This document shows, in pieces, positions 1 through 8,880 of a stretch of 64,000 bases of DNA. Every line of letters begins with the position of its first letter. Position 1 is the stretch's first letter. Source of the DNA: Longimicrobiales bacterium. Its GTDB lineage: Bacteria > Gemmatimonadota > Gemmatimonadetes > Longimicrobiales > Gaopeijiaceae. The position numbers were made by a program, and so were the translations under genes. The notes under the pieces were generated by a model. It did not search any database and was not told the DNA's origin. It saw only the letters and a list, made by a program, of their open reading frames with translations. Where the stretch lies: NCBI GenBank assembly GCA_965219445.1, contig CBDCNQ010000003.1, positions 1-64,000 on the forward strand, given 5' to 3'.

Positions 1-270
1 GAATCGCCGCCCGTCGGACCACTCCACCATCTTCCGGTGCTCTTCGGGAGAAAGGCCGGATGTGACGAAGTCCTGGACCTCTCCCTGCTCGTCGATCGTC
101 GTGATCACGCCCAAGCGGGCGCCGGTGAGCGCGCGGGCACTCTCGACGACCTCCTCCAGCACGGTGGCCACGTCCAGGCTCTGGCTGATGCGGAGGATGG
201 CCGCGCTCAGCCGCGAGATGCGGTCGTCGGAGGGCCCGCTCCCGGGCCCCGTAGGGTCTCGATCGTTCAA
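1..270 (-). CDS. GAF-domain sensor protein (probably a histidine kinase), 5' part; runs off the window edge
   Basis: Manual minus-strand translation from TTG at 270 (GGAG upstream): MNDRDPTG...RISRLSAAILRISQSLDVATVLEEVVESARALTGARLGVITTIDEQGEVQDFVTSGLSPEEH, a typical GAF N-terminus. Not in the ORF track. Confidence 0.7.
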   Translation of the reverse strand, partial: MNDRDPTGPGSGPSDDRISRLSAAILRISQSLDVATVLEEVVESARALTGARLGVITTIDEQGEVQDFVTSGLSPEEHRKMVEWSDGRRF

Positions 271-452
271 TGCTCCACTCCCGCCGAAGGGTGAGGCGGA
301 GCGGACGAGGCTCCGGCCGATCGGCCCGGCCGCCTTCCGCCGGACCGCGGGGGGTGGAGGATAGCGCTCTTCGCGCGTGAAGTCACTAAAGGGCCACGAC
401 GCTCGCCCGACAAGTCACAACTCACTCACAAAATAGCGCGTAGCTTTCCGGA

Positions 453-484
453 TAGCTCTCGATAATTGTAGTTATCGAGAGTAA
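453..484. other. lox/dif-like recombination site (left)
   Basis: TAGCTCTCGATAATTGTAGTTATCGAGAGTAA: 10-bp inverted arms CTCTCGATAA/TTATCGAGAG around an asymmetric 6-bp spacer TTGTAG; exact reverse complement of 1555-1586. Confidence 0.85.
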
Positions 485-494
485 CCCGCGGCAA
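465..494 (-). promoter_or_regulatory. putative sigma70 promoter overlapping the left recombination site
   Basis: Minus strand TTGCCG (494-489), 18 bp, TACAAT (470-465); currently points at the GAF gene. Confidence 0.45.
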
Positions 495-531
495 GGATTG
501 TGACCAGAGAGGCCCCCGAGTTCTTCGGGGC

Positions 532-1533
532 TCATCTGCGTTTCTGAAGCCGTGCCAGCTGTGCGGCGCCGTTGCGCTTGGCCAGCAGCCGCTCGCCGTA
601 GCGCTGCACCATCTGGGCGTTCTTCCAGCGCCCGGCCTGCATGATCGCCGGGATCCCGATCCCTTTGGCGATCATGTCCTGAGCCGCGCCCACGCGGGGG
701 CTGTGCCCGGAGAGCCGCCGCACGATCTGCTCCGGCAGCCCGGCCCGTTCGGCCATCGCCTTGTAGATGCGCGGCACCTGGCTCTCATGCAGTTGGCCGC
801 CCAGCGTGCCGTCCTTGCGCATCGAACGGAAGAGCGGCCCGCCACTGATCCCGCTCGCGCCCAGCCACTCCGAGAGCAGCCTCACGCTGTCTCGGTGCAG
901 GTAGAGCATCGCGCCGCCGCCCTCCGGATCGGTCTTCGCGCGGCGCACGAGGAGCGAGGCCGAGCCGCCCCTTTCTATCGTCACATCAACGACTTGCAGC
1001 GCGACCAGCTCGGAGCGCCGGAGCATGGCGTCGTAGGCCACGGCCAGGATCGCGCGGTTCCTGACGTCGATCACCCGGTCGCCCGCGGCCTCCATCAGGC
1101 GCCGGCGGAGCGCCCAGGTCAGACCCTGCACCTGCCTCTGCCGGCACCCCCTCTGCCGGTGCATCCGCTTCAGCGCCCGCCGCACGGTCACGTGCTCGAG
1201 CGGGCTCCGCTCCCCGGCCGCCTTGTGCACGGTGGCGACGCTCGAGACGTAGCGCCGCACGGTGGCCGGCGCTCGCTCGCTCGCCATCGCCTCGACGTAG
1301 GCCACCACCGTGGCCGCGCGCGCGGGCAGCGGAGAGAGCCCCCGCTCGGCGCACCACGCCGCGAACCGTTCCAGGTCCGCTCGCACCGCTCGCACGGTAT
1401 GGCCGCTCAGGGCGCCGCGGGCGTCCTCCAGGTAGGCGGTCAGGCGCTCGCCGGTTTGTGACTTTCGAGTGGTGGGGTCGCGAAGCCCGGACACACCTGC
1501 TGGGGCTAAAATCCGCATAAGTGCCCCCTGCAC
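532..1533 (-). CDS. Cre-like tyrosine recombinase (SAM-like N-domain + catalytic domain)
   Basis: Catalytic motifs MLRRSEL (R), RAKTD (K), HSPR (HxxR), GRW (W, as in Cre), VQRY (Y). Start codon uncertain. Confidence 0.9.
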   Translation of the reverse strand: MQGALMRILAPAGVSGLRDPTTRKSQTGERLTAYLEDARGALSGHTVRAVRADLERFAAWCAERGLSPLPARAATVVAYVEAMASERAPATVRRYVSSVATVHKAAGERSPLEHVTVRRALKRMHRQRGCRQRQVQGLTWALRRRLMEAAGDRVIDVRNRAILAVAYDAMLRRSELVALQVVDVTIERGGSASLLVRRAKTDPEGGGAMLYLHRDSVRLLSEWLGASGISGGPLFRSMRKDGTLGGQLHESQVPRIYKAMAERAGLPEQIVRRLSGHSPRVGAAQDMIAKGIGIPAIMQAGRWKNAQMVQRYGERLLAKRNGAAQLARLQKRR

Positions 1534-1554
1534 AATGACATACAGCCAAAAAGT

Positions 1555-1586
1555 TTACTCTCGATAACTACAATTATCGAGAGCTA
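1555..1586. other. lox/dif-like recombination site (right, inverted)
   Basis: TTACTCTCGATAACTACAATTATCGAGAGCTA is a perfect reverse complement of 453-484. Confidence 0.85.
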
Positions 1587-1621
1587 AATCCGCGCGCGGA
1601 AACCGCAGGAGAACGAGCGAA

Positions 1622-4600
1622 GTGGACATCGCGATGACTAGGACACCGGACGGACGCGGCCGCGAGCGCCGCACGGATACCATCTTGCCGAGCGTCTTAA
1701 GCGCGAGGGAACACGGCTGCCCGCCTCCACGGCCTGACACCCTGCCGCCACGCCGTGGCGGCCGTCCTTCCTCAAAGACCGCATCCGCCGCCGGCCGGCC
1801 GGCGGGTTTCGCGCGCCTGCGCGGTGCGCGGCGCTCGCTTGTCGGCTCCGCCGGGGCGCTGGCCGCCGCGGCGCTGCTCGCGCTCTCCGGCGCGCTCGCC
1901 CTCCCGGCCACGGCCACGGCCCAGACTAACGTGCTCGTGAGCAACGTGGGAAAGAGCGACAACGGTACAAGCGGTACTCCGTCCGCCTCCGTCCCCATGG
2001 CCCAAGGGTTCGAAACGGGTTCCGATGCGGACGGCTACGACCTCGGCAGCGTCGTTCTGGAGTTCGGGAGTGCGCCGACCGGGACCGGCACGGTGAGGGT
2101 CACGGTGAGGCAAGAGTCAACGCTAACACACCCAGTAACCGGCCTCATTTATCCCAGCCCTTTCGAGCTGTACTGGCTGGCCAACCCCACAGCACTTTCG
2201 TCCGGATTGAACGAATTCACAGCCCCGCCAGGCGCCACGCTGGAGACGAACACGACCTATTTCGTGATGGTGTCCTACAGCACAAGCTCCGGCGGCCCTA
2301 GTTGGGACCGCGTACTGTTGAGCAGTGGTCTGGACGCCGACGCTGCCACGGGCTGGGACATTGATGACGCGTACCAGCAGTACAGCAGCATGGGTTGGGA
2401 GGAGGAGTCGAGTGACCGAGCATTTAAGATTCAGGTCAGGGGCACCACCGCGATGGCCGCGCCGGCCGTGCCGACGAACTTCACCGCCGCGCCGGGCAAC
2501 GCGGAAGTGACGCTCGCCTGGGACGCGCCGGCATCGGGTTCGGGCGTCACGCGCCACGAGTTCCGGTACAAGACGGACGGGAGCTATCCCGTGACCTGGA
2601 CGCAGATTGCGGGCAGCGGGGTGGGCGGCGCCAACGAGGCCGGGTACACGGTGCCGAGTCTCACCAACGAGACAGAGCACACCTTCGAGTTGCGCGCGGT
2701 GAACGCCGGCGGCGGCGGCGCGGCAGCGGAGTCGGACCCGGTGACGCCGACGCCGGGCATCTGCGACCGCACGCAGCAGGTGCAGGACCGGATCGTGACC
2801 TACGTGAACGCGATCTTCAACGTCGACTACGACTGTTCGGAGGTGACGGTGGCGAACCTGGCCAGGTTGAATAATATGGCGCTCGGCAACAAGGGGATCA
2901 CGTCGCTCCAGGCGGGCGACTTCGCCGGCCTGACGGGGCTGGAGAGGTTGAGCCTGGGCGACAATTCTCTGACCGCGCTTCCCTCGGGGGTGTTCTCCGA
3001 TCTGACGTCCATGACGAGCCTCTGGCTGGCCGCCAACTCGCTGACCGCGCTTCCCGAGGACTTGTTTTCCGGTCTGACGAATCTGGAGGAGCTCACACTG
3101 AAAAACAACGAACTGGAAACGCTTCCTGCCGGGGTGTTCTCCGGACTGAGGGCCGTGGGGACTATTCAGTTGCAGGAGAACCAACTCGAAACGCTTCCCG
3201 AGGGGGTGTTCTCCGGACTGACGGCGCTGGGCACCATCTGGCTGCAAGACAACACATCGCTGGGATCGCTTCCTGCGAACCTGTTCTCGGGGCTCACCAG
3301 TCTGAGAACAGTCGATCTACACAACATCGGCCTGACCACGCTACCCGCAGGGCTGTTCTCCGGCCGGACGAACATGTATTCCATCGACCTGCGTGAGAAC
3401 GAACTGGAAACGCTCCCCGCGAACGTGTTCTCGGGGCTGACGAAGCTGAACGGCATCACTCTGACCGACAACGATCTGCGTTCGCTTCCCCCTGGGCTGT
3501 TCTCCGGCCTTACGGCGCTGCAGAAAATCCGTCTGGCAGGCAACAAACTGAGTGCGCTCCCCGACGGGTTGTTCTCCGGGCTGACGTTGCTGACATTCGT
3601 CAGTCTGGACCGCAACACCGTCGATCCTCTGCCGCTCACGGTGACCCTGGACAAGGTGGGGACCGACCAGGTGCGGGCGAAGGTGCGGGCGGGGGCGCCG
3701 GGCACGGTCGATTTTACGGTGACGGTGGCGAACGGGACGCTCGCGGGCGGTGTGACGACGCTCAGTGTGGCGCAAGGCTCGGTGGAAGGCACCACCGCGG
3801 TCACCGTGATCCGCACGGACGGGACGACGGCGGCAGTGACGGCGGACGTCGACCTGACGACCCAGCCGACGTTCGCCCCGGGGGTGTACGTCGGGGGGTC
3901 AACCTTCGTCCGGTCGACCTCGGGGCTGCCGGCGACGATCCTGCCGGGCACCACGCAAGTGCCGCCGCTCCCCGCGCCGACCGGTTTCAGCGCCGAGGCC
4001 GGCGACGGCGAGGTGACGCTGTCCTGGACCGATCCGGGGTCGGGTTCGGACGTCACGCATCACGACTACCGATTCAGGACCGACGGGGATTACGGGGACT
4101 GGATCGAGATCGACGACAGCGGCCCGGGCGAGACCAACGCGGCCGGCTTCACGGTGACGGCGGACATCGTCAACGGCAGAGCCTACACCTTCCACCTCCG
4201 CGCGGGCGGGGACGACGGCGACAGCCCGGCGGTCGAGGCGGGTCGGGTGACGCCGACGGGACTGCCCCCCAGAGTCACCTCCGTGGTGGTCGCGTCCGCG
4301 CCGCAGTCGGGGGACACGTACCGCTCATACGAGACGATCGTGTTCACGGTGACGTTCAGCGAGCCGGTGGAGGTCAAACCACACGGGCGACTGAGGCTGA
4401 AGGTCGGTCTCGACAATCCCGGCGGGGCGTCCGGGAGCACGGTGGAGGCTGTGTTCTCGGGCCTCTCGCAGAGCCAGCGGCCGACTGCCGATACCCCGCA
4501 GGCCCGGCTCGCCCGGCATATGCATTTCAAATACAAGGTGCAGCTGTTCGACCGCGACGAGGACGGTGTGCGCATCGGCGCCAACGCGTTGCGGCTCGCC

Positions 4601-6967
4601 TCCGGGGCACGGATTCGAAATGAGGTCGGCAGCGACGCGGAGTTGGACCATGTCGCGCTCGGTCCGCAGTCCGACCACAAGGTTGACGGGAGGGCGGACG
4701 TGCCGATGATCCGAGGGATCGAGGTGGTCTCGACGCCGCGGCTGAGTTCGAAGGGCACCACGACCAGGGACACCTACGGCGAGGGCGAGAACATCCGCAT
4801 CGAGGTGCGCTTCGACCAGCCGGTGGTGGTCGAGGGCGAGCCGACGTTCGCGCTCGAGGTGGGCAATCCCTGCCGGGCGGTGTGCGAGGCCGACTACGCG
4901 TCGGGGAGCGGCACGAACACGCTGGTGTTCGCGTACCTGGTGCTGGAGGTCGACATCGACCGCAACGGCATCGCGATCCGCGGCAACCCGATCGAGGTGG
5001 TGTCCGGCGACCGCATCCGCAACGCCGCGGACCAGGAGGCGCACCTTTCCTCCAAGGGGAAGGGCACGCAGCGCGGCCACAAGGTGGACGGGTCACGGGC
5101 GGCGGGGCCGTACCTGTCGGTGGAGGACGCCGAGGCGCACGAGGCCGACGGCGAGATGGAGTTCACGGTGCGCCTGGAGCCGCACGGCCTGGGCATCGTG
5201 ACGGTCGACTACGCGACGGCCGACGGCTCGGGGGACAGGGGCGCGGTCGCGGGCGAGGACTACACGGAGACGAGCGGCACGCTGAGGTTCAATTCGCTGG
5301 AGACGGAGCGGACGGTGTCGGTGCCGATCACGGACGACGACGAGGAGGACGACGGGGAGACGTTCACGCTGGTGCTGAGCAACGCCTTGGGCGCGGGGCT
5401 CGCGGACAACGAGGCGGTGGGCACGATCCGGAACAGCGAGACGACGCCGGCGGCGGAGCTGACGGCGGAGTTCCGGGACATGCCGGAGACGCACGACGGG
5501 GAGAGCGCGTTCACGTTCCGGGTGGCGTTCAGCGAGGACATCGGGATCAGCTTCCGCGCGCTGCGCGAGGACGCGTTCACGGTGACCGGGGGCCGTGTGA
5601 CGCGGGGCACGCGGGTGGACGACCGGCGCGACCTGTTCGAGATGACGGTCGAGCCGGACTCGGACGGGGCCGTGACGATCGAGCTGGCGGCGGGCCGCGA
5701 GTGCGCGACGTCCGGTGCGATCTGCACCAAGGGCGAGAACCGGCGGCAGTTGACCAACGGCCCGTCGGCGACGGTGGCGGGTCCGGCGGGCGGCTCGGGG
5801 CCGCCGGAGCTGACGGCGTCGTTCGAGGGCATGCCGGCCAAACACCGTGGCGAGGGCGGGTTCCACTTCCGGGTGGCGTTCAGCGAGGACATCGGGATCA
5901 GCTTCCGGGCGCTGCGCGAGGACGCGTTCACGGTGACCGGGGGCCGTGCGACGCGGGGCACGCGGGTGGACGACCGGCGCGACCTGTTCGAGATGACGGT
6001 GAGGCCGGACTCGGACGGGGACGTGACGATCGAGCTGCCGGCGGGGCGCGAGTGCGCGACGTCCGGTGCGATCTGCACGAAGGGCGAGAACCGGAGGCAG
6101 TTGACCAACAGCCCGTCGGCGACGGTCAAGGGTCCGGCGGCGAGCTCCGCGGCGGCCGCCCCCGGCTGGCCAGACCGGGCCGCGCGCCTCTGCTCCGCGC
6201 TGGGCATTGGAGAGGAGATGACCCGGACATCAATGGTCGCGGCGTTGTGGGAGGACGGCGATCCCGGCAAAGACCGGCTCGACGCCTTGGACAGTCTCGG
6301 CAACGGGAACGGAGGGTATGACCTCGGCGACATGCTCGCCTGGGCCGCCCGCTGCCGCGGGGGTGAGGCATCCGGGCCGGCCGCCGGCTCCGGACCGCCC
6401 TCCCCGCCCCCCGCGCTCCCTGCGTCGGGGCCGGCGGGAGGGGCCAGCTGGCGGCGGAAGCGCGCGCGCGGCCCTGCCCGCCGCCGCCGAACGGTTCCCG
6501 ACCCACCCGCCACCGGTTCCGCGACCCGCCGGTCCGGGTGGTTGCGGACGGCGCTGCTGGTGGCGGTGACCTCGGTCTGGGGCTGCGGGGACGGCATCGT
6601 CGACCCGCGGAATGACGCACCCCGGTATGACGTAGCCAACGCGTCGGTCGTGGATCCCGGCCCTCTGCACGTTCGGTTGACGGCCCCGCCGCAGGCCCGC
6701 GACATCGGAGCCATGCTGGTGATCGAGGGTCCGGCCATCGACTCGCTGCAGGCGCCGGGTCTCGAGATGTTCGAGACGGAAGAATCGTCCTCGACGAGAC
6801 GCGAGGTCGTCATCGCCGGTGCGCTGCCGCCAGACGGGCCCGTGCTGCGGGTCTGGGTGCCCCACCGGGGCGACCACGCCCGGTACCGCGTGAGGCTGCT
6901 GCAGGTGGCGGCCGAGGACTTCACGCTCGGGGACCTGAGCGTGTACGGGAGCGTGATCTCCCGCTGA
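1622..6967 (+). CDS. giant secreted/surface protein: FN3, ~11 leucine-rich repeats, FN3, Ig-like repeats, Calx-beta, duplicated ~117-aa domain
   Basis: Signal-like segment AALLALSGALALPATATAQ; 24-aa LRRs (LTxLxxLxLxxNxLxxLPxGxFSG); FN3 motifs (VTLAWDAP, YTFHLRA); Calx-beta (VTVDYATADG...DYTETSGTLRF...DDEEDDGETFTLVLSN); AGGAG RBS. Confidence 0.9.
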   Translation: MDIAMTRTPDGRGRERRTDTILPSVLSAREHGCPPPRPDTLPPRRGGRPSSKTASAAGRPAGFARLRGARRSLVGSAGALAAAALLALSGALALPATATAQTNVLVSNVGKSDNGTSGTPSASVPMAQGFETGSDADGYDLGSVVLEFGSAPTGTGTVRVTVRQESTLTHPVTGLIYPSPFELYWLANPTALSSGLNEFTAPPGATLETNTTYFVMVSYSTSSGGPSWDRVLLSSGLDADAATGWDIDDAYQQYSSMGWEEESSDRAFKIQVRGTTAMAAPAVPTNFTAAPGNAEVTLAWDAPASGSGVTRHEFRYKTDGSYPVTWTQIAGSGVGGANEAGYTVPSLTNETEHTFELRAVNAGGGGAAAESDPVTPTPGICDRTQQVQDRIVTYVNAIFNVDYDCSEVTVANLARLNNMALGNKGITSLQAGDFAGLTGLERLSLGDNSLTALPSGVFSDLTSMTSLWLAANSLTALPEDLFSGLTNLEELTLKNNELETLPAGVFSGLRAVGTIQLQENQLETLPEGVFSGLTALGTIWLQDNTSLGSLPANLFSGLTSLRTVDLHNIGLTTLPAGLFSGRTNMYSIDLRENELETLPANVFSGLTKLNGITLTDNDLRSLPPGLFSGLTALQKIRLAGNKLSALPDGLFSGLTLLTFVSLDRNTVDPLPLTVTLDKVGTDQVRAKVRAGAPGTVDFTVTVANGTLAGGVTTLSVAQGSVEGTTAVTVIRTDGTTAAVTADVDLTTQPTFAPGVYVGGSTFVRSTSGLPATILPGTTQVPPLPAPTGFSAEAGDGEVTLSWTDPGSGSDVTHHDYRFRTDGDYGDWIEIDDSGPGETNAAGFTVTADIVNGRAYTFHLRAGGDDGDSPAVEAGRVTPTGLPPRVTSVVVASAPQSGDTYRSYETIVFTVTFSEPVEVKPHGRLRLKVGLDNPGGASGSTVEAVFSGLSQSQRPTADTPQARLARHMHFKYKVQLFDRDEDGVRIGANALRLASGARIRNEVGSDAELDHVALGPQSDHKVDGRADVPMIRGIEVVSTPRLSSKGTTTRDTYGEGENIRIEVRFDQPVVVEGEPTFALEVGNPCRAVCEADYASGSGTNTLVFAYLVLEVDIDRNGIAIRGNPIEVVSGDRIRNAADQEAHLSSKGKGTQRGHKVDGSRAAGPYLSVEDAEAHEADGEMEFTVRLEPHGLGIVTVDYATADGSGDRGAVAGEDYTETSGTLRFNSLETERTVSVPITDDDEEDDGETFTLVLSNALGAGLADNEAVGTIRNSETTPAAELTAEFRDMPETHDGESAFTFRVAFSEDIGISFRALREDAFTVTGGRVTRGTRVDDRRDLFEMTVEPDSDGAVTIELAAGRECATSGAICTKGENRRQLTNGPSATVAGPAGGSGPPELTASFEGMPAKHRGEGGFHFRVAFSEDIGISFRALREDAFTVTGGRATRGTRVDDRRDLFEMTVRPDSDGDVTIELPAGRECATSGAICTKGENRRQLTNSPSATVKGPAASSAAAAPGWPDRAARLCSALGIGEEMTRTSMVAALWEDGDPGKDRLDALDSLGNGNGGYDLGDMLAWAARCRGGEASGPAAGSGPPSPPPALPASGPAGGASWRRKRARGPARRRRTVPDPPATGSATRRSGWLRTALLVAVTSVWGCGDGIVDPRNDAPRYDVANASVVDPGPLHVRLTAPPQARDIGAMLVIEGPAIDSLQAPGLEMFETEESSSTRREVVIAGALPPDGPVLRVWVPHRGDHARYRVRLLQVAAEDFTLGDLSVYGSVISR
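5456..6137 (+). repeat. intragenic tandem duplication, 351-bp period
   Basis: 5516-5775 and 5867-6126 are near-identical (FRVAFSEDIGISFRALREDAFTVTGG...CATSGAICTKGENRRQLTN). Confidence 0.9.
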
Positions 6968-7173
6968 GCGCTGGGCGCGGCGCCCGCCTTGACGTGTGGG
7001 GCCGCGCCCGCTCGATGCGGCAAGATCAAGATCCAGGGTGACCCTCCCCGCGACCCGCCGGCCAACCTTCGACTCACTTGAAAGCTCCCTCCGAGGCGAG
7101 ATCTGGCCGTGCCCGGCCAGCCTCGGCCGTGGATGAGCGGGTCCTCGTGGGCCGCGTCTCGACCGTAACCGCC

Positions 7174-7440
7174 ATGGAGACACTGACGAAGCCGTTCCGA
7201 TCGCGAGTGGCTGCGTCCCTCGACCGCACGGGCATGAGAACATCCACGCTCGGTCAGCAAGCGGTGGGCGATCCCAACCCGGTGCGTCAGCTCCGTCCTG
7301 GCCGATCCCCGAGGCTGGCGATGGCCTGCCAGGTCCCCGTGTTCATCGAAGCCTGCCGCCGGGCCCAAGTGGCCCCTGTTCCCTCCCGGGGCAACGCGCC
7401 CCGGAATTCTTCACCGAACAGAGCGGAGGCAGACCGATGA
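7174..7440 (+). CDS. small Cro-like/HTH protein of a mobile element (possibly degenerate)
   Basis: METLTKPFRSRVAASLDRTGMRTSTLGQQAVGDPNPVRQLRPGRSPRL; overlaps the alpA start (ATGA). Confidence 0.45.
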   Translation: METLTKPFRSRVAASLDRTGMRTSTLGQQAVGDPNPVRQLRPGRSPRLAMACQVPVFIEACRRAQVAPVPSRGNAPRNSSPNRAEADR

Positions 7441-7664
7441 CGAGAGCAATAGAACAGGGCATGGACGCGCCCGCCCGCGTCCTGAGGTTACCTCGAGTGC
7501 AGGCCCGCACCGGGCTGGCGCGGAGCACGATCTACGTGCGGGTGGCCGACGGGAGCTTTCCCCAACCGATCCGGCTAGGCGCGCGCGCCGTCGGCTGGAT
7601 CGAGTCCGAAGTGGATGCGTGGATCCGAGAGCAGATCGCCGCGAGCCGCGGCAACGCGAAGTGA
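7437..7664 (+). CDS. alpA: AlpA-family regulator/excisionase
   Basis: VLRLPRVQARTGLARSTIYVRVADGSFPQPIRLGARAVGWIESEVDAWI. Confidence 0.9.
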   Translation: MTRAIEQGMDAPARVLRLPRVQARTGLARSTIYVRVADGSFPQPIRLGARAVGWIESEVDAWIREQIAASRGNAK

Positions 7665-8331
7665 TCTGAGACGATAACCATCTGACAGTTCGCAATGACA
7701 GAGGGACGGGGGCCATCGACAAACTGCCCTCCCGCACGCTTCGCTCCTTCGCCTCCTCCGGGAACCTCCGCTACGGTCCACTGGATTCCCGTTCAGAAAG
7801 AGGGATGTAATGAGGGAACCAGGTGGGACTGGTCAGTAATAAAGCCTTATATGACAATAAGTTACAATTGATCAAGCGCGTCTTGCGCCTTCGCGGCCGG
7901 GTCGGTCAGCGCCGCACGGGCAGCACTGACCGGGACGGGAGCGACCCCCCAGTCCGAGGGCCTGGTACGGGTTCGGGGGCAGGTGTGTTTGCGCACCTGC
8001 CCCCGCCCTCCTGGGGTCGCTCCCGAGCCATCGATCCTTCCAGGAAGGGTGTTGGACCGATGAGGCCGGCTACGCTCGCCATCATCGGCACCGCTCTGGG
8101 AGCGGCCGCCATCTACGCCGTCGCTCGTGCAGCCGGACTCACCGACCTCGGGCTGCGCGTCGATCTCGCCGAGGGCGACTGGGAACGAACGCGGAGACCG
8201 GGCGGGCGGCGGGCCGACGAGATCGGCCCAAACGTGCGCGCACACCTCGCCGTGCGTCCGTCGAGACCCTGCCAGCCACCTGGCGGACGCAGGCCAAGGC
8301 GCTCCGCCGGTACGGGGGCGACACTCCGGCC

Positions 8332-8631
8332 GTGGCGCTCGAAAGCTGCGCGGCCGAGCTCGAGACCACGCTCAGGGAGAGGGACGAGACCACCCTCTCG
8401 CTGACGGAGGCCGCCAGGGAGAGCGGCTACTCCGCTGACCATCTCGGCCGCCTCGTGCGCGACGGCAAGATCCCCAACACCGGAAGACCCGGCGCGCCCC
8501 GGATCGCCCGCTCGCACCTGCCACGGAAGACCCAGGCGCCAGCCACACCGCTACTGGTGGAAAAGCATCGCCGAGGCGAAGTTCCCAACGCGCAGATCGT
8601 GCAGTCCATCATCGAGGGAGGAATCGAATGA
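8332..8631 (+). CDS. HTH DNA-binding/excisionase-like protein
   Basis: LSLTEAARESGYSADHLGRLVRDGKIP. The frame stays open upstream; the true start may be ATG 8060 with a frameshift. Coupled to the integrase start at 8628. Confidence 0.6.
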   Translation: MALESCAAELETTLRERDETTLSLTEAARESGYSADHLGRLVRDGKIPNTGRPGAPRIARSHLPRKTQAPATPLLVEKHRRGEVPNAQIVQSIIEGGIE

Positions 8632-8732
8632 TGGCACGCACGAAACCTATCCGGCGCTCCTACGGCGCCGGCGAATGGGGCCGGAACCGGGTACGGGTCT
8701 TTCCCGATCCCAAGACCGGCCTGTTCCAGATC
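8628..8732 (+). pseudogene. 5' fragment (35 codons) of the tyrosine integrase continued at 14403
   Basis: MMARTKPIRRSYGAGEWGRNRVRVFPDPKTGLFQI joins in frame to EWRDNGRRLTRSL via the shared LFQI-encoding repeat. Confidence 0.85.
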
Positions 8733-8880
8733 AACGGGCCGGGTGGAACATTGGTGGAACATATTGGACCTTCCCGGACCATTCTCCACAGGCCGAAAGT
8801 CCTTTACAGACAACGATTTCTCCAATAACCACCGTCCCATGGCGTTCCTTGCGGTCCCAATCGATTCCATGTACTATTGA

